Of a stretch of DNA of 64,000 nucleotides, positions 20,998-31,615 are shown piece after piece. The notes beneath the pieces were generated by a model. It made no database searches. It was given only the letters and a program-made list of their open reading frames with translations, and had not been told where the DNA came from. The translations under genes were made by a program, and so were the position numbers. Position 1 is the stretch's first letter; every line of letters begins with the position of its first letter. Source of the stretch: Gammaproteobacteria bacterium (lineage in GTDB: Bacteria > Pseudomonadota > Gammaproteobacteria > Steroidobacterales > Rariloculaceae); assembly GCA_035548835.1 (NCBI GenBank), contig DASZSB010000110.1:3538-67537 (forward strand), in the 5' to 3' direction.

Positions 20998-21690
20998 ATG
21001 CGTCTGCTGCTCGTCGAAGACGATCCCAACCTCGGCCGCTCGCTCGCGGCCCAGCTCGAGCAGGCGGGCTATGTCGTCGACCGCGCCGAGGATGGCCACG
21101 AGGGGTTGTACCGCGCGCGCGAGTTCCCGGTGGACCTCGCGATCGTGGACCTCGGCCTGCCGAAGCTGTCGGGCGTGGAGCTGATCAGGCAGCTGCGGGC
21201 CGACGGCAAGTCGTATCCCGTGCTCGTGCTGACGGCGCGTGACCGCTGGCAGGACAAGGTGGAAGCCCTGAAGCTCGGCGCGGACGACTACGTGGTGAAG
21301 CCGTTCAACGTCGAGGAGTTGCTGGCGCGCGTCGACGCGCTGCTGCGTCGCGCGGGCGGCTGGGCGCAGTCCGAGCTCGTGTGCGGGCCCATCGTGCTCG
21401 ACACGCGCACGCAGGAGGTCAGGGTCAAGGATCAGAAGCTCGAGCTCACGAGCTTCGAGTACAAGCTGCTCGAGTACCTGATGCTGCACGCGGGCGAAGT
21501 GCTGTCGAAGACACAGATCACCGAGGCGCTGTACGACGAGGATTTCGAGCGCGACAGCAACGTGATCGAGGTGTTCATCGGTCGCCTGCGGCGCAAGCTC
21601 GACCCCGATAACGAGTACAAGCCGATCGAGACACTGCGCGGCCGCGGCTATCGCCTGGCGGTGGCGCGCGGCGCACCGCCTCCCGGCTGA
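20998..21690 (+). CDS. OmpR/PhoB-family response regulator
   Basis: The receiver domain has MRLLLVEDD....DLAIVDLGLP...G and a winged-helix C-terminus (LT..E..LLEYL......V.S...I......D.....SNVIEV.I.RLRRK). Confidence 0.92.
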   Translation: MRLLLVEDDPNLGRSLAAQLEQAGYVVDRAEDGHEGLYRAREFPVDLAIVDLGLPKLSGVELIRQLRADGKSYPVLVLTARDRWQDKVEALKLGADDYVVKPFNVEELLARVDALLRRAGGWAQSELVCGPIVLDTRTQEVRVKDQKLELTSFEYKLLEYLMLHAGEVLSKTQITEALYDEDFERDSNVIEVFIGRLRRKLDPDNEYKPIETLRGRGYRLAVARGAPPPG

Positions 21691-21700
21691 GCGCCGACCC

Positions 21701-23071
21701 ATGGCGCTGGTCCGCTCCCTTCGTGCGCGCGTCGTGCTGTGGGTGTGCGTCGCGCTCGTCGTGTTGTTCGCGGCGACGATCGCCGGTCTCGACATTGCAT
21801 TCCGGAACAGCACGGATGGCGACCGGCGCGAGCTGCTCGAGGCGCAGGTGCTGGGGCTCATCGCGCTCGCGGAGCCGGGGCCCGCCGGAGAGCTCCGCCT
21901 GCCCACCGAGGCGATCGATCCGCGCTTCGAGGTCGCGAACTCCGGTCTGTACGGTGCGCTGTACGACGGCAACGGCCGCGCGCTGTGGCAGTCGCTGTCG
22001 CTGCTCGGGCGCGACTTTCCGACCGACGAGCTCGCGGCGCCCGGCGAACGGAAACATCTGCTGCTCGAAGTGCCGGGTTTTCCGCCGATCGAAGCGCAGC
22101 TCATGGGCATCACGTGGGAGTTCGCGGACGGCCGCACGGCGGCTTACACGTTCGCCATCGGCGTGTCGCTCGAGCCCTACATCGAGCGGCAGGCGACTTT
22201 CCGCAACTACCTGATCGGCTGGTTCCTCGGCGTGACGCTGACGATGCTGCTCGTCGTCAGCGGACTGCTGACGTTCGTCCTGCGGCCCGTGCGCAGGCTC
22301 GAGCGCCAGGTGCGGGAGGTCGAAGCCGGCGAGCGCGTGCAGCTCACGGGCAACTACCCGTCCGAGCTCGTGGGGCTCGCGGACAATCTGAACATGCTGA
22401 TCGATACCGAGCGGCGCCGGCTCGTGCGCTACCGCAACACGCTCGACGATCTCGCGCACAGCCTGAAGACTCCGCTCGCCGCGATGCGGACGCTGCTCGC
22501 CGAGCAACGCTCGCAGCCGGCCGAGGATCGCACGGAGGCGCTGAATCGCGAGCTCGAGCGCATGGATCAGCGCGTGTCGTATCAGCTGCGGCGCGCGCGC
22601 GCCAGCGGTGCCACGGGGCTCGGTACCGAGCCCGTGGCGGTCGCGCCCATCGTCGACGATCTGAAGCTCACGCTCGACAAGGTGTACCGCGACAAGCGCG
22701 TTGCCTGCAGCGTGTCCGTCGCTCCGGGCGCGTCGTTTCGGGGCGATCCGGGCGACCTGACCGAGATCCTCGGCAACCTGATGGACAACGCGTACAAGTA
22801 CTGCCGCGGCCGTGTGCGCGTGGTCGCCGAATCCACGCCGGAGCGGCTCGCGATCACCGTGGCCGATGACGGCAAGGGGATCGGCGAGGAGTTCGCGGCG
22901 CAGCTGTTCGAGCGCGGCAAGCGCGCCGACGAGTCCGTGCCGGGGCAGGGCATCGGGCTCGCCGTCGTGCGCGAAACCGTGCAGCTGTATCGCGGCTCGC
23001 TCGAAGTCGGCCGGTCCGATCTCGGCGGCGCGGAGTTGCGCGTCGAGCTGTCGCGCGCAGGCGTGCTGTGA
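21701..23071 (+). CDS. sensor histidine kinase (PhoQ/QseC-like architecture)
   Basis: Two TM helices flank a ~140-aa periplasmic domain. H-box LAHSLKTPLAAM, N-box GNLMDNAYKY, G1 DDGKGI and G2 GQGIGLAVV are all present. Confidence 0.92.
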   Translation: MALVRSLRARVVLWVCVALVVLFAATIAGLDIAFRNSTDGDRRELLEAQVLGLIALAEPGPAGELRLPTEAIDPRFEVANSGLYGALYDGNGRALWQSLSLLGRDFPTDELAAPGERKHLLLEVPGFPPIEAQLMGITWEFADGRTAAYTFAIGVSLEPYIERQATFRNYLIGWFLGVTLTMLLVVSGLLTFVLRPVRRLERQVREVEAGERVQLTGNYPSELVGLADNLNMLIDTERRRLVRYRNTLDDLAHSLKTPLAAMRTLLAEQRSQPAEDRTEALNRELERMDQRVSYQLRRARASGATGLGTEPVAVAPIVDDLKLTLDKVYRDKRVACSVSVAPGASFRGDPGDLTEILGNLMDNAYKYCRGRVRVVAESTPERLAITVADDGKGIGEEFAAQLFERGKRADESVPGQGIGLAVVRETVQLYRGSLEVGRSDLGGAELRVELSRAGVL

Positions 23072-26000
23072 GCGGGGCGGATGCCGCGCTCGCTGCGCGG
23101 CTCGGCGCCGTCGCGCTGGCCGATCGTCGCGAGCTCGAGCGCCTGCACGGGGCCATCCGGGCGCGCCGCCGGCGCCGCCAGCCGACGTCCGAGCTCGAGC
23201 AGCGGTTCGAAGCCGCACTGCGCGCCGCCGAGCAGCGCGCGGCCGCGCGCCGTGCGACGCGGTATACGCTCCGCTATCCCGAGTCGCTACCGATCTCGGC
23301 CATGCGCGCCGAGTTGGTCGCCCGCCTGCGGGAGCACCGCGTGGTCGTCGTCTGCGGCGACACGGGCAGCGGCAAGACCACGCAGCTTCCGAAGCTCCTG
23401 CTCGAGGCGGGGTGCGGTGTGGTCGGCATGATCGGTCACACGCAGCCGCGCCGCATCGCGGCCCAGGCCGCTGCCACGCGGCTCGCGGCGGAGCTCGAGG
23501 TGCCGCTCGGCGAGGCCGTCGGTCTCACGGTTCGCTTCACCGACGAGACGGGTCCCGGGACGCTCGTGAAGGTGATGACGGACGGCATCCTGCTGAACGA
23601 GATCCGCACGGACCGCCGCCTGGAGGCGTACGACGCGCTGATCATCGACGAGGCCCACGAGCGCAGCCTGAACATCGATTTCATCCTGGGCTACCTGCGC
23701 AGCCTGGAGCGACAGCGGCCGGATCTGAAGATCGTGATCACGTCCGCCACGATCGATCCCGAACGGTTCTCGCGGCACTTCGGCGATGCGCCGATCGTAC
23801 GTGTCGAAGGCCGCAGCTATCCGGTCGGCGTGCGCTACCGGCCGCGCGACGAGGACCAGGACCTCGCCGCTGCCGTGACCGCCGCGGCTCGCGAGCTCGC
23901 GGCCGAGCGCGTCGAAGGGCCGGTGCGCGACATGCTCGTGTTCCTGCCGGGCGAGCGCTGGATCCGCGATGCCGAGCACGCGCTCGGCCGTTACGGGCCG
24001 AATGGCTACGAAGTGCTGCCGCTGTACGCGCGACTCACGAGCGCCCGCCAGCGGCGCATCCTCGAGCCCGGCAAGGCGCCGCGCATCGTGCTCGCGACCA
24101 ACATCGCCGAGACGTCGCTGACCGTGCCGCGCATCCGCTATGTCATCGACTCGGGTCTCGCGCGCGTGAGCCGCTACGGTACCCGGCATCGCGTGCAGAG
24201 CCTCGGCGTGGAGCCGATCGCGCAGGCCAACGCCGTGCAGCGTGCCGGACGCTGCGGCCGGCTCGCGCCCGGAGTGTGCGTGCGCCTGTACTCCGAAGAG
24301 GACTTCGCGGCGCGGCCCGCGTACACCGAGCCCGAGATCCTGCGCACCGGCCTCGCGGGCGTGCTGTTGCGCCTCGAGGCGCTGCGCCTCGGCCCCGTCG
24401 ACGAGTTTCCGTTCATCGACCCGCCGCCCGCGAAGGCCGTCAGTGACGCGTATCAGCTGCTGCATCTGCTGGGCGCGCTCGACACGGACCGCAAGCTGAC
24501 GCCCGACGGAGACGTCATGGCGCGGTTGCCCGTGGATCCGCGAGTGGCGCGGCTGCTGGTGGTCGCGAACCGCAATCAGGCACTGCGCGAGGGGCTCGTG
24601 ATCGCGGCGGCGCTGTCCGTCGTCGACCCGCGCGAGTACGCGGTGGACGCAGACGCCGCGCGTCGCAAGCACGAAGCGTTCAACGATCCCCGCTCCGAGT
24701 TCACGACCTGGCTCAACCTGTGGAACGCGTACCGCCGCGAGCGACGCGGCGGCGAGCGTGCGCTGCGCGCCTGGTGCCGCGAGCAATATCTGTCCGCGGC
24801 GCGGTTGCGCGAATGGCACGATGTGCACGGCCAGCTGCACGAGCTCGTGCAGGGGCTCGGCTGGCGAACGCGCCACGAGGGCGCGGACTACAGGGCCATC
24901 CATCAAGCCGTGCTCGCGGCGTTCATCGACTTCATCGCCGAGCACGAGGACGGCGTGATGTATCGCGGCATGCGCGGGTCGCGCGCGCAGTTGATACCGA
25001 ACACGCCGCTCGCGAAGAAACGGCCGCACTGGCTCGTGGCGGCCGAGCGCGTGGCGACGGAGCGGCAATATCTGCGGACCGTGGCCCAGGTCAATCCGCG
25101 CTGGGCGCTGCGCGTTGCGCCGCACCTCGTGCGGTACGAGTATCACGATCCGCTCTGGGACGCCGAGCGCGGCCAGGTCACGGCGCGCGAGGTGGTCACG
25201 CTGTTCGGCCTCACGCTCGCGAGCGAGAAGCGCGTCGACTACGGCCGCTTCGAGCCCGTGGAGGCGCGGCGACTCTTCATCGACGACGCGTTGGCCGCGG
25301 ACCAGGCCGGTTTCGATTCCCGCGAGCCGGCGTTCCTCGCCGCGAATCGCGCGCTGCGCCGCAGCGTGCTCGAGTGGGAGGCGCGCCTGCGCAAGCGCGA
25401 TCTGTACGTCGGCGACACGGGTGTGGCGGCCTTCTACGACGAACGGCTGCCGCCGCAGGTGCACGATCGCGCGAGCCTCGCGGCGTGGTGTGCGGCCGGA
25501 CACGATCCCGAGCTGCACATGACGATCGGCGACGTCTCGAGCCGGGACATCGCCCGGTTGCCCGCTGCGAGCTATCCCGGCGAGCTCGTGCTCGCGGGGC
25601 AGCGGCTCGCGCTGACGTATGCCTTCGAGCCCGGCGCCGATCATGACGGGCTCACGGTGTCGGTGCCGAGGCCGTTGCTCGGCGCGATCCGGCCGGAGCA
25701 GCTCGATTGGCTCGTGCCAGGGTGGCTGCCGGAGAAGATCCTGGCGATCCTGCGCGGTCTGCCGAAGGAGTTGCGCAAACCGCTCGTGCCGCTGCCCGAC
25801 ACCGTGAGCGCGGTGCTCGCGTGGCTCGGCGATCGCGTCGGCCGGCAGCCGTTGACGATCGCGGTCGCCGAGGCGCTGCGCGAGGTGCGCGGCGTCGAGA
25901 TCGCGTCGGCGGTTCTCGACGCGCGCGCGCTCGCGCCGCATCTGACGATGCGGGTCGCGGTGCTCGATACGGACGGCAGCGTTCGCGCCGTGAGCCGGGA

Positions 26001-26964
26001 CCTGCGTGCGCTGCAACGGCAGGCGAGCGCAGGTCCGGGGGCGGAAGCCGTCGTGCGTGGTTCGCCGGCGGCCCGCTGGCAGCGCAGCGGCATCACGCAG
26101 TGGGACTTCGGCGACCTGCCGGAATCGGTGCAGGTCGCCCAGCAGCCGCGGGATCTCGTGCTGTATCCCGCACTGCAGGACGTCGACGGACGCGTCGACC
26201 TGAAGCTGGTGCCGCCGGGGCCTGCGGCCGTGGCGCAGCACCGCGCCGGCGTGCGCCGCCTGCTGCTGAAGGCGTTGCCGCAGCAGGTGGCCCTCGTACG
26301 CGACCGCACGCTGGCCGAGCGCGATCTCGTGCTAGGCTTCCATGGCATCGGAGGGACCGCGGCGCTGATCGACGATCTGTTGTGCGCGGCCGCGGAGCAG
26401 GCGTTCGCGCTCGATCCGGCGGTGCGCGATCCGGCCGCATTCGCGGCCGTTCGGGAGAAGGGGCGCAGCGAGCTCGTGCCCGCGGCCGACGAGCTGCGTG
26501 CACTGTTGAAGGAGATCCTGCCGTTGCACCGTGCGCTGCGCCGCGAGCTGGACGGGACGGGCGGCGCCGGGGCGGCGGTACGTGCCGACATCGCAGGGCA
26601 GCTCGACGAGCTGATCCGGCCCGGTTTCCTGACGGCCACGCCTCCACAGTGGCGGCGGCATCTGCCGCGGTACCTGAAGGCGGCACACGAGCACTGGGAG
26701 AAGCGCGGGCAGCGTCGGGAGCGCGCGCTGGCCGCGGAGGTGCACGCGGCCGCGGCGAGGCTCGAGCACTGGCGCGCCAGTCTGCCCGACGGCTGGCCCT
26801 GGCCGGACGCGATCGTCGAGTACCGGTGGTTGCTCGAGGAGTTGCGCGTCTCGTTGTTCGCACAGGCGCTCGGCACCGCACGGCCGGTGTCGGCCAAGCG
26901 GCTCGAACAGCTCTGGAGCCGCGCGCTCGCGGGCGACGCCGGCGCGTCCGCGGCACGCGGGTGA
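23068..26964 (+). CDS. hrpA: ATP-dependent RNA helicase HrpA
   Basis: 1298 aa. Walker A GDTGSGKTTQLP, the DEAH box (IIDEAHERS) and TNIAETSLT are present, with a long HrpA-type C-terminal extension. The GTG start overlaps the HK stop (GTGA). Confidence 0.94.
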   Translation: MSGADAALAARLGAVALADRRELERLHGAIRARRRRRQPTSELEQRFEAALRAAEQRAAARRATRYTLRYPESLPISAMRAELVARLREHRVVVVCGDTGSGKTTQLPKLLLEAGCGVVGMIGHTQPRRIAAQAAATRLAAELEVPLGEAVGLTVRFTDETGPGTLVKVMTDGILLNEIRTDRRLEAYDALIIDEAHERSLNIDFILGYLRSLERQRPDLKIVITSATIDPERFSRHFGDAPIVRVEGRSYPVGVRYRPRDEDQDLAAAVTAAARELAAERVEGPVRDMLVFLPGERWIRDAEHALGRYGPNGYEVLPLYARLTSARQRRILEPGKAPRIVLATNIAETSLTVPRIRYVIDSGLARVSRYGTRHRVQSLGVEPIAQANAVQRAGRCGRLAPGVCVRLYSEEDFAARPAYTEPEILRTGLAGVLLRLEALRLGPVDEFPFIDPPPAKAVSDAYQLLHLLGALDTDRKLTPDGDVMARLPVDPRVARLLVVANRNQALREGLVIAAALSVVDPREYAVDADAARRKHEAFNDPRSEFTTWLNLWNAYRRERRGGERALRAWCREQYLSAARLREWHDVHGQLHELVQGLGWRTRHEGADYRAIHQAVLAAFIDFIAEHEDGVMYRGMRGSRAQLIPNTPLAKKRPHWLVAAERVATERQYLRTVAQVNPRWALRVAPHLVRYEYHDPLWDAERGQVTAREVVTLFGLTLASEKRVDYGRFEPVEARRLFIDDALAADQAGFDSREPAFLAANRALRRSVLEWEARLRKRDLYVGDTGVAAFYDERLPPQVHDRASLAAWCAAGHDPELHMTIGDVSSRDIARLPAASYPGELVLAGQRLALTYAFEPGADHDGLTVSVPRPLLGAIRPEQLDWLVPGWLPEKILAILRGLPKELRKPLVPLPDTVSAVLAWLGDRVGRQPLTIAVAEALREVRGVEIASAVLDARALAPHLTMRVAVLDTDGSVRAVSRDLRALQRQASAGPGAEAVVRGSPAARWQRSGITQWDFGDLPESVQVAQQPRDLVLYPALQDVDGRVDLKLVPPGPAAVAQHRAGVRRLLLKALPQQVALVRDRTLAERDLVLGFHGIGGTAALIDDLLCAAAEQAFALDPAVRDPAAFAAVREKGRSELVPAADELRALLKEILPLHRALRRELDGTGGAGAAVRADIAGQLDELIRPGFLTATPPQWRRHLPRYLKAAHEHWEKRGQRRERALAAEVHAAAARLEHWRASLPDGWPWPDAIVEYRWLLEELRVSLFAQALGTARPVSAKRLEQLWSRALAGDAGASAARG

Positions 26965-26971
26965 GCGGCGC

Positions 26972-27391
26972 CTAGAGCGGCAGCGCGTAGCGTCGCACCG
27001 CGCGCTGTGTGCAGACGAGCAGCACGAGCACGCCGGCAGCGGCCAGCGCGGCGCGTGCAGCCATGGGCAGCGGCGCTGCGGGCGGGTGCATGGCGAGCAG
27101 GTTCCATGAACCCGCAGTGGCCGTCGCGAGGCCCGCGATCAGGGCCACGCCGAACGTCGGCCGCAGGAACTCGACATTCAGCAGCACCACTCCGCCCGCG
27201 AGCAGCGCGAGAGCGCCGCCATCCGGTGGCGCGTGCAGGTAGCCGAGCGTCGCGAGCACGCCGGCCGCGCCACCCGCGAGGCCTGGTGCGAAGCGCGGGA
27301 CGTAGACGCAGCGCAGCAATCCGCAGAGCGCGAGTACGAGCCATGCGTACGCGGCTGCGGGCGGGCTCACGATCAGAAGGGCGAACGGCAT
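26972..27391 (-). CDS. hypothetical small membrane protein
   Basis: 139 aa, four hydrophobic segments, Ala/Leu/Gly-rich. It is convergent with hrpA. No family recognised, so the coding call rests on ORF length and hydrophobic periodicity only. Confidence 0.45.
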   Translation of the reverse strand: MPFALLIVSPPAAAYAWLVLALCGLLRCVYVPRFAPGLAGGAAGVLATLGYLHAPPDGGALALLAGGVVLLNVEFLRPTFGVALIAGLATATAGSWNLLAMHPPAAPLPMAARAALAAAGVLVLLVCTQRAVRRYALPL

Positions 27392-27523
27392 GCGGTCTTC
27401 GCGCGGCGAACCGATGACTCGACGCTAGCGGAGCCGTGTCATTCGCGGCGATGCGCGTTTCGTGCGGTTTCGCCGGGTTTCGTCGGGCGCGTATAGTGAC
27501 GGTGCACACACGAGCACTCATCG

Positions 27524-28882
27524 ATGACGCAGGCACGCCTCCCGACCGACTGGCATCCCGCGAGCTGGCACAGCCGGCCGGCCGCGCAGCAGCCCACGTA
27601 CCGGGACCGGGCGCATCTGGAATCCGTCCTCGGGCAGCTGGCACAGCTGCCGCCACTCGTGACCACGTGGGAGATCGAAGGACTGAAGGCGCAACTCGCG
27701 TCCGCGCAACGCGGCGAGGCGTTCCTGCTGCAGGGCGGGGATTGCGCGGAGAACTTCGACGAGTGCACGTCGGACAACGTCGTGCAGAAGCTCAAGATCC
27801 TGCTGCAGATGTCGCTCGTGCTGCTCGTGGGGCTCAAGAAGCCGATCGTGCGCGTCGGCCGCATGGCGGGTCAGTACGCGAAGCCGCGCAGCGCCGACTA
27901 CGAGACCCGCGACGGCGTGTCGCTGCCGAGCTATCGCGGCGACATCATCAACCGGCCGGCGTTCACCGCGGCCGACCGCGAGCCGGATCCGACGCTGATG
28001 CTGCGCGGCTACGAGCGGGCGGGGCTCACGCTGAACTTCGTGCGCTCGCTGATCGACGGCGGTTTCGCCGACCTGCATCACCCCGAGAACTGGGATCTCG
28101 CGTTCGTGGGCGAGTCCGCTGCCGCGGCGGAGTATCACGCGCTCGTGCAGTCCGTCTCCGACTCGCTCGAGTTCTTCGAGGCGCTCACGGGTGAGCCGAT
28201 GCACCGCACGCATCGCGTCGAGTTCTACACGTCGCACGAGGGGCTCCACCTGCCATACGAGCAGGCGCAGACGCGCTTCCTGAAGCATCGCGGCCGCTGG
28301 TACAACCTGACGACGCATTACCCCTGGATCGGCATGCGCACGGCCGACCTCGCGGGCGCGCACATCGAATACTTCCGCGGCATCGCCAATCCAATGGCTG
28401 TGAAGATCGGCACCGGCGTGTCCGACGAGCAGCTGCAGCAGCTCGTGCACGTGCTGAACCCGAACAACGAGCCCGGGCGGCTCACGCTGATCACGCGCTT
28501 CGGCGCGAAGCAGATCGAGCAGCACCTGCCGCGGGTGATCCGTGCCGTGCGTGCCACGGGCTCGAGCGTGCTCTGGGTCTGCGACCCGATGCACGGCAAC
28601 ACGGAGACGACCGCCGAAGGCTACAAGACGCGCCGCTTCGACAACATCCGTGCCGAGCTGCGCTCGGCGTTCCGGATCCATCAGGAGCAGGGCAGCTATC
28701 TCGGCGGCGTGCATCTCGAGCTCACGGGCGACAACGTGACCGAGTGCGTCGGCGGTGCGCGCGGGCTGCGCGAGTCGGATCTCGCGCGCGCCTACAAGTC
28801 GCAGGTGGACCCGCGGCTGAACTACGAGCAGGCCATGGAGATCGCGCTGCTGATCGCCGGGCGCCTGCGCACGCACGACTGA
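27524..28882 (+). CDS. class II 3-deoxy-7-phosphoheptulonate (DAHP) synthase
   Basis: 452 aa. W.P.SW......QQP.Y.D...L..V...L...PPLV and FLLQGGDCAE.F are hallmarks of the plant-like class II AroA family. Confidence 0.92.
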   Translation: MTQARLPTDWHPASWHSRPAAQQPTYRDRAHLESVLGQLAQLPPLVTTWEIEGLKAQLASAQRGEAFLLQGGDCAENFDECTSDNVVQKLKILLQMSLVLLVGLKKPIVRVGRMAGQYAKPRSADYETRDGVSLPSYRGDIINRPAFTAADREPDPTLMLRGYERAGLTLNFVRSLIDGGFADLHHPENWDLAFVGESAAAAEYHALVQSVSDSLEFFEALTGEPMHRTHRVEFYTSHEGLHLPYEQAQTRFLKHRGRWYNLTTHYPWIGMRTADLAGAHIEYFRGIANPMAVKIGTGVSDEQLQQLVHVLNPNNEPGRLTLITRFGAKQIEQHLPRVIRAVRATGSSVLWVCDPMHGNTETTAEGYKTRRFDNIRAELRSAFRIHQEQGSYLGGVHLELTGDNVTECVGGARGLRESDLARAYKSQVDPRLNYEQAMEIALLIAGRLRTHD

Positions 28883-28888
28883 CGGGAC

Positions 28889-30754
28889 GTGAACGGCACG
28901 GAGACACCGCCGGCCGAGCACGACGCCGGGCCCACGCCCGCGGCGTTCGATCCCGCCGCCGTGCTCGCGCACCTGACGCACAAGCCGGGCGTCTACCGCA
29001 TGCTGGACGCGCGCGGCGAGGTCATCTATGTGGGCAAGGCGCGTGACCTGAAGCGTCGCGTCGGGAGCTACTTCCAGGGCAGCCGCGCGCACGACGCCAA
29101 GACCATCGCGATGGTGCGCAGCGTGGCCGGCATCGAGGTCACGGTCACGCGCACCGAGGTCGAAGCGCTGATGCTGGAATACAACCTCATCAAGCAGCAC
29201 CGGCCGCGCTTCAACGTGGTGCTGCGCGACGACAAGAGCTATCCGTACATCCGGCTCGACACCGAGCATCGATTCCCGCGCCTCGCGTTCTACCGCGGGC
29301 CGCGCACCACGAAGGGCCGGCTGTTCGGCCCGTATCCGAACGCGGGTGCCGTGCGCGAGACGCTGAATCAGCTGCAGAAGCTGTTCCAGCTGCGCCAGTG
29401 CGAGGACAGCTTCTTCGAGAACCGCAGCCGCCCGTGCTTGCAGCACCAGATCGAACGGTGCAGCGCACCGTGCGTCGGGCTGATCAGTTCCGAGGACTAT
29501 GCGCGCGATCTCGAGCACGCCGTGCTGTTCCTGCAGGGGCGCAGCGACGTGGTCACGGCGCGGCTCGCGGAGCGCATGGAGCAGGCGTCCGCCGGGCTCG
29601 CATTCGAGCGCGCGGCGCAGTATCGCGATCAGCTGGCGAAGCTGAAGAACGTGCAGTCGCAGCAGATCGTCGCGCGCTCGGCGGGCGACTTCGACGCCGT
29701 GGGGCTCGCCGAGGACCACGGCATCCACTGCGTCACGGTCATGTTCTTCCGCGGCGGCCGCTCGCTCGGCAGCCGCAACTTCTTTCCGAAGGTGGCGCGC
29801 GGGGCCGACGAGGAGGAGATCATCCGCGCGTTCCTGCTGCAGTACTACGCGGGGCGAGAGGCACCGAAGGAGATCCTGGCGAGCCGCACCGTGCCGGAAG
29901 CGGACACGCTGGCCGATCTGCTGTCGGAGCAGTCGGGGCACAAGGTGCGGATCAAGTCGAGCGTGCGTGGCGACCGCGCGCGCTGGGTCGAGATGGCCGT
30001 TACGAACGCGCGTCACGGTGCGGAGCTGCACTACCAGTCGAGCGCCTCCTACGACCGTCAGCTCGAGGCGCTGGCCGATGCGCTGGATCTCGGCGAGCCG
30101 CCCGCGCGCCTCGAGTGCTTCGACGTGAGCCACACCGGCGGCGAGGCCACCGTCGCCTCGTGCGTGGTGTTCGGCCCGGAGGGTCCGCTGAAGTCCGATT
30201 ACCGGCGCTTCAACGTCACCGGCGTGCAGCCGGGCGACGACTACGGTGCGATGGAGCACGTGCTGCGCCGCCGCTATGCGCGCGTGCAGCAGGGCGAGGT
30301 GCCGCTGCCCGACGTGCTGTTCATCGACGGCGGCCCCGGCCAGCTCGCGCAGGCTCTGAAGGTCATGGAGGAGCTGCAGATCCAGGGCTTGAAGCTCGTG
30401 GGCGTGGCGAAGGGTCAGGACCGCAAGCCCGGGCGCGAGAGCCTCTACCTGCCGGATCGGGACGAGCCCCTGCGTTTGCCCGCGAGCTCGCCCGCATTAC
30501 ACTTGATTCAGCAGCTGCGCGACGAGGCGCACCGGTTTGCGATCACCGGGCACCGCGCGCGACGGCACAAGGCGCGCACGCAGTCGCCGCTCGAAAGCAT
30601 TCCGGGCCTGGGGCCGAAGAAGCGGCGCGAGCTGCTGAAGCAGTTCGGCGGTCTGCAGGCCGTGACGCGCGCCGGCATCGACGACCTCACGCGGGTGAAA
30701 GGGATTTCGGCACAACTCGCCGCAGCGATCTATGACCACTTCCATGCGGACTGA
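28889..30754 (+). CDS. uvrC: excinuclease ABC subunit C
   Basis: GIY-YIG N-terminus (PGVYRMLDARGEVIYVGKARDLKRRV), a UVR domain and a C-terminal HhH (IPGLGPKKRRELLKQFGG). Confidence 0.95.
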   Translation: MNGTETPPAEHDAGPTPAAFDPAAVLAHLTHKPGVYRMLDARGEVIYVGKARDLKRRVGSYFQGSRAHDAKTIAMVRSVAGIEVTVTRTEVEALMLEYNLIKQHRPRFNVVLRDDKSYPYIRLDTEHRFPRLAFYRGPRTTKGRLFGPYPNAGAVRETLNQLQKLFQLRQCEDSFFENRSRPCLQHQIERCSAPCVGLISSEDYARDLEHAVLFLQGRSDVVTARLAERMEQASAGLAFERAAQYRDQLAKLKNVQSQQIVARSAGDFDAVGLAEDHGIHCVTVMFFRGGRSLGSRNFFPKVARGADEEEIIRAFLLQYYAGREAPKEILASRTVPEADTLADLLSEQSGHKVRIKSSVRGDRARWVEMAVTNARHGAELHYQSSASYDRQLEALADALDLGEPPARLECFDVSHTGGEATVASCVVFGPEGPLKSDYRRFNVTGVQPGDDYGAMEHVLRRRYARVQQGEVPLPDVLFIDGGPGQLAQALKVMEELQIQGLKLVGVAKGQDRKPGRESLYLPDRDEPLRLPASSPALHLIQQLRDEAHRFAITGHRARRHKARTQSPLESIPGLGPKKRRELLKQFGGLQAVTRAGIDDLTRVKGISAQLAAAIYDHFHAD

Positions 30755-30766
30755 CGCCTGACGCCC

Positions 30767-31327
30767 ATGCGTTTCAACCTGCCGAACGCGCTCACGTGGT
30801 TTCGGATCGTCGCGATTCCGCTGGTCGTGATCGTTTTCTATTGGCCCGCGCCCTGGGCCCGGCCCGCCGCGGGTTTGCTGTTCGCGCTGGCCGGCATCAC
30901 CGATTATCTCGACGGGTATCTGGCGCGCCGGCTGGGGCTGACCTCGAATTTCGGCGCGTTTCTCGACCCCGTCGCCGACAAGCTGATCGTGGCCACGGCG
31001 CTCGTGCTGCTGGTCGAGGCGGATCCGCGGCCCGTGATCGCGATCGCGGCCGCGATCGTGATAGGCCGCGAGATCACGGTATCGGCCCTGCGCGAGTGGA
31101 TGTCGCAGATCGGCGCGCGCGCCCACGTGGCCGTCAGCTGGTTCGGCAAGTGGAAAACGGCGCTCCAGATCTTCGGGATCAGCCTGATGCTGTACCGTGA
31201 CCCCGCGTTCGGTCAGCCGGTGTACGCGATCGGCGAATGGCTGCTGTACGCGGCCGTTGCGCTGACGCTCTGGTCGATGATCGACTATCTGCGGGCCGCG
31301 GGTCCCGCGATGCGGGCGAACGAATGA
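30767..31327 (+). CDS. pgsA: CDP-diacylglycerol--glycerol-3-phosphate 3-phosphatidyltransferase
   Basis: N-terminus MRFNLPNALTWFRI. CDP-alcohol phosphotransferase motif: D..DG..AR......FGAFLDPVADK. Confidence 0.94.
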   Translation: MRFNLPNALTWFRIVAIPLVVIVFYWPAPWARPAAGLLFALAGITDYLDGYLARRLGLTSNFGAFLDPVADKLIVATALVLLVEADPRPVIAIAAAIVIGREITVSALREWMSQIGARAHVAVSWFGKWKTALQIFGISLMLYRDPAFGQPVYAIGEWLLYAAVALTLWSMIDYLRAAGPAMRANE

Positions 31328-31383
31328 TGTGAATCCGGGCGTTGCCGGTGGCCCGGGCGCTTCGGTAGAATGGCAAACCTCAC

Positions 31384-31459
<76 letters not shown>

Positions 31460-31476
31460 ATTTCTCAGGCATTGGT

Positions 31477-31508
31477 GGCGGTTCCGTACCGAGGCGTACG
31501 GAACCGCC
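31477..31508 (+). terminator. 13-bp perfect hairpin downstream of tRNA-Gly
   Basis: GGCGGTTCCGTAC (31477-31489) pairs with GTACGGAACCGCC (31496-31508) around the loop CGAGGC. There is no U-tract, so it may be a terminator or a processing signal. Confidence 0.5.
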
Positions 31509-31615
31509 GTCATCGTGCAGTGGCTGAACACGGTCCGCGTCGCGCGGAGCCGACGGCCCGAGCGCGGCGCCGGGGTGTGCCTGCCGACGCGACGCGAGGG
31601 TTCTGCGAGGGCGCC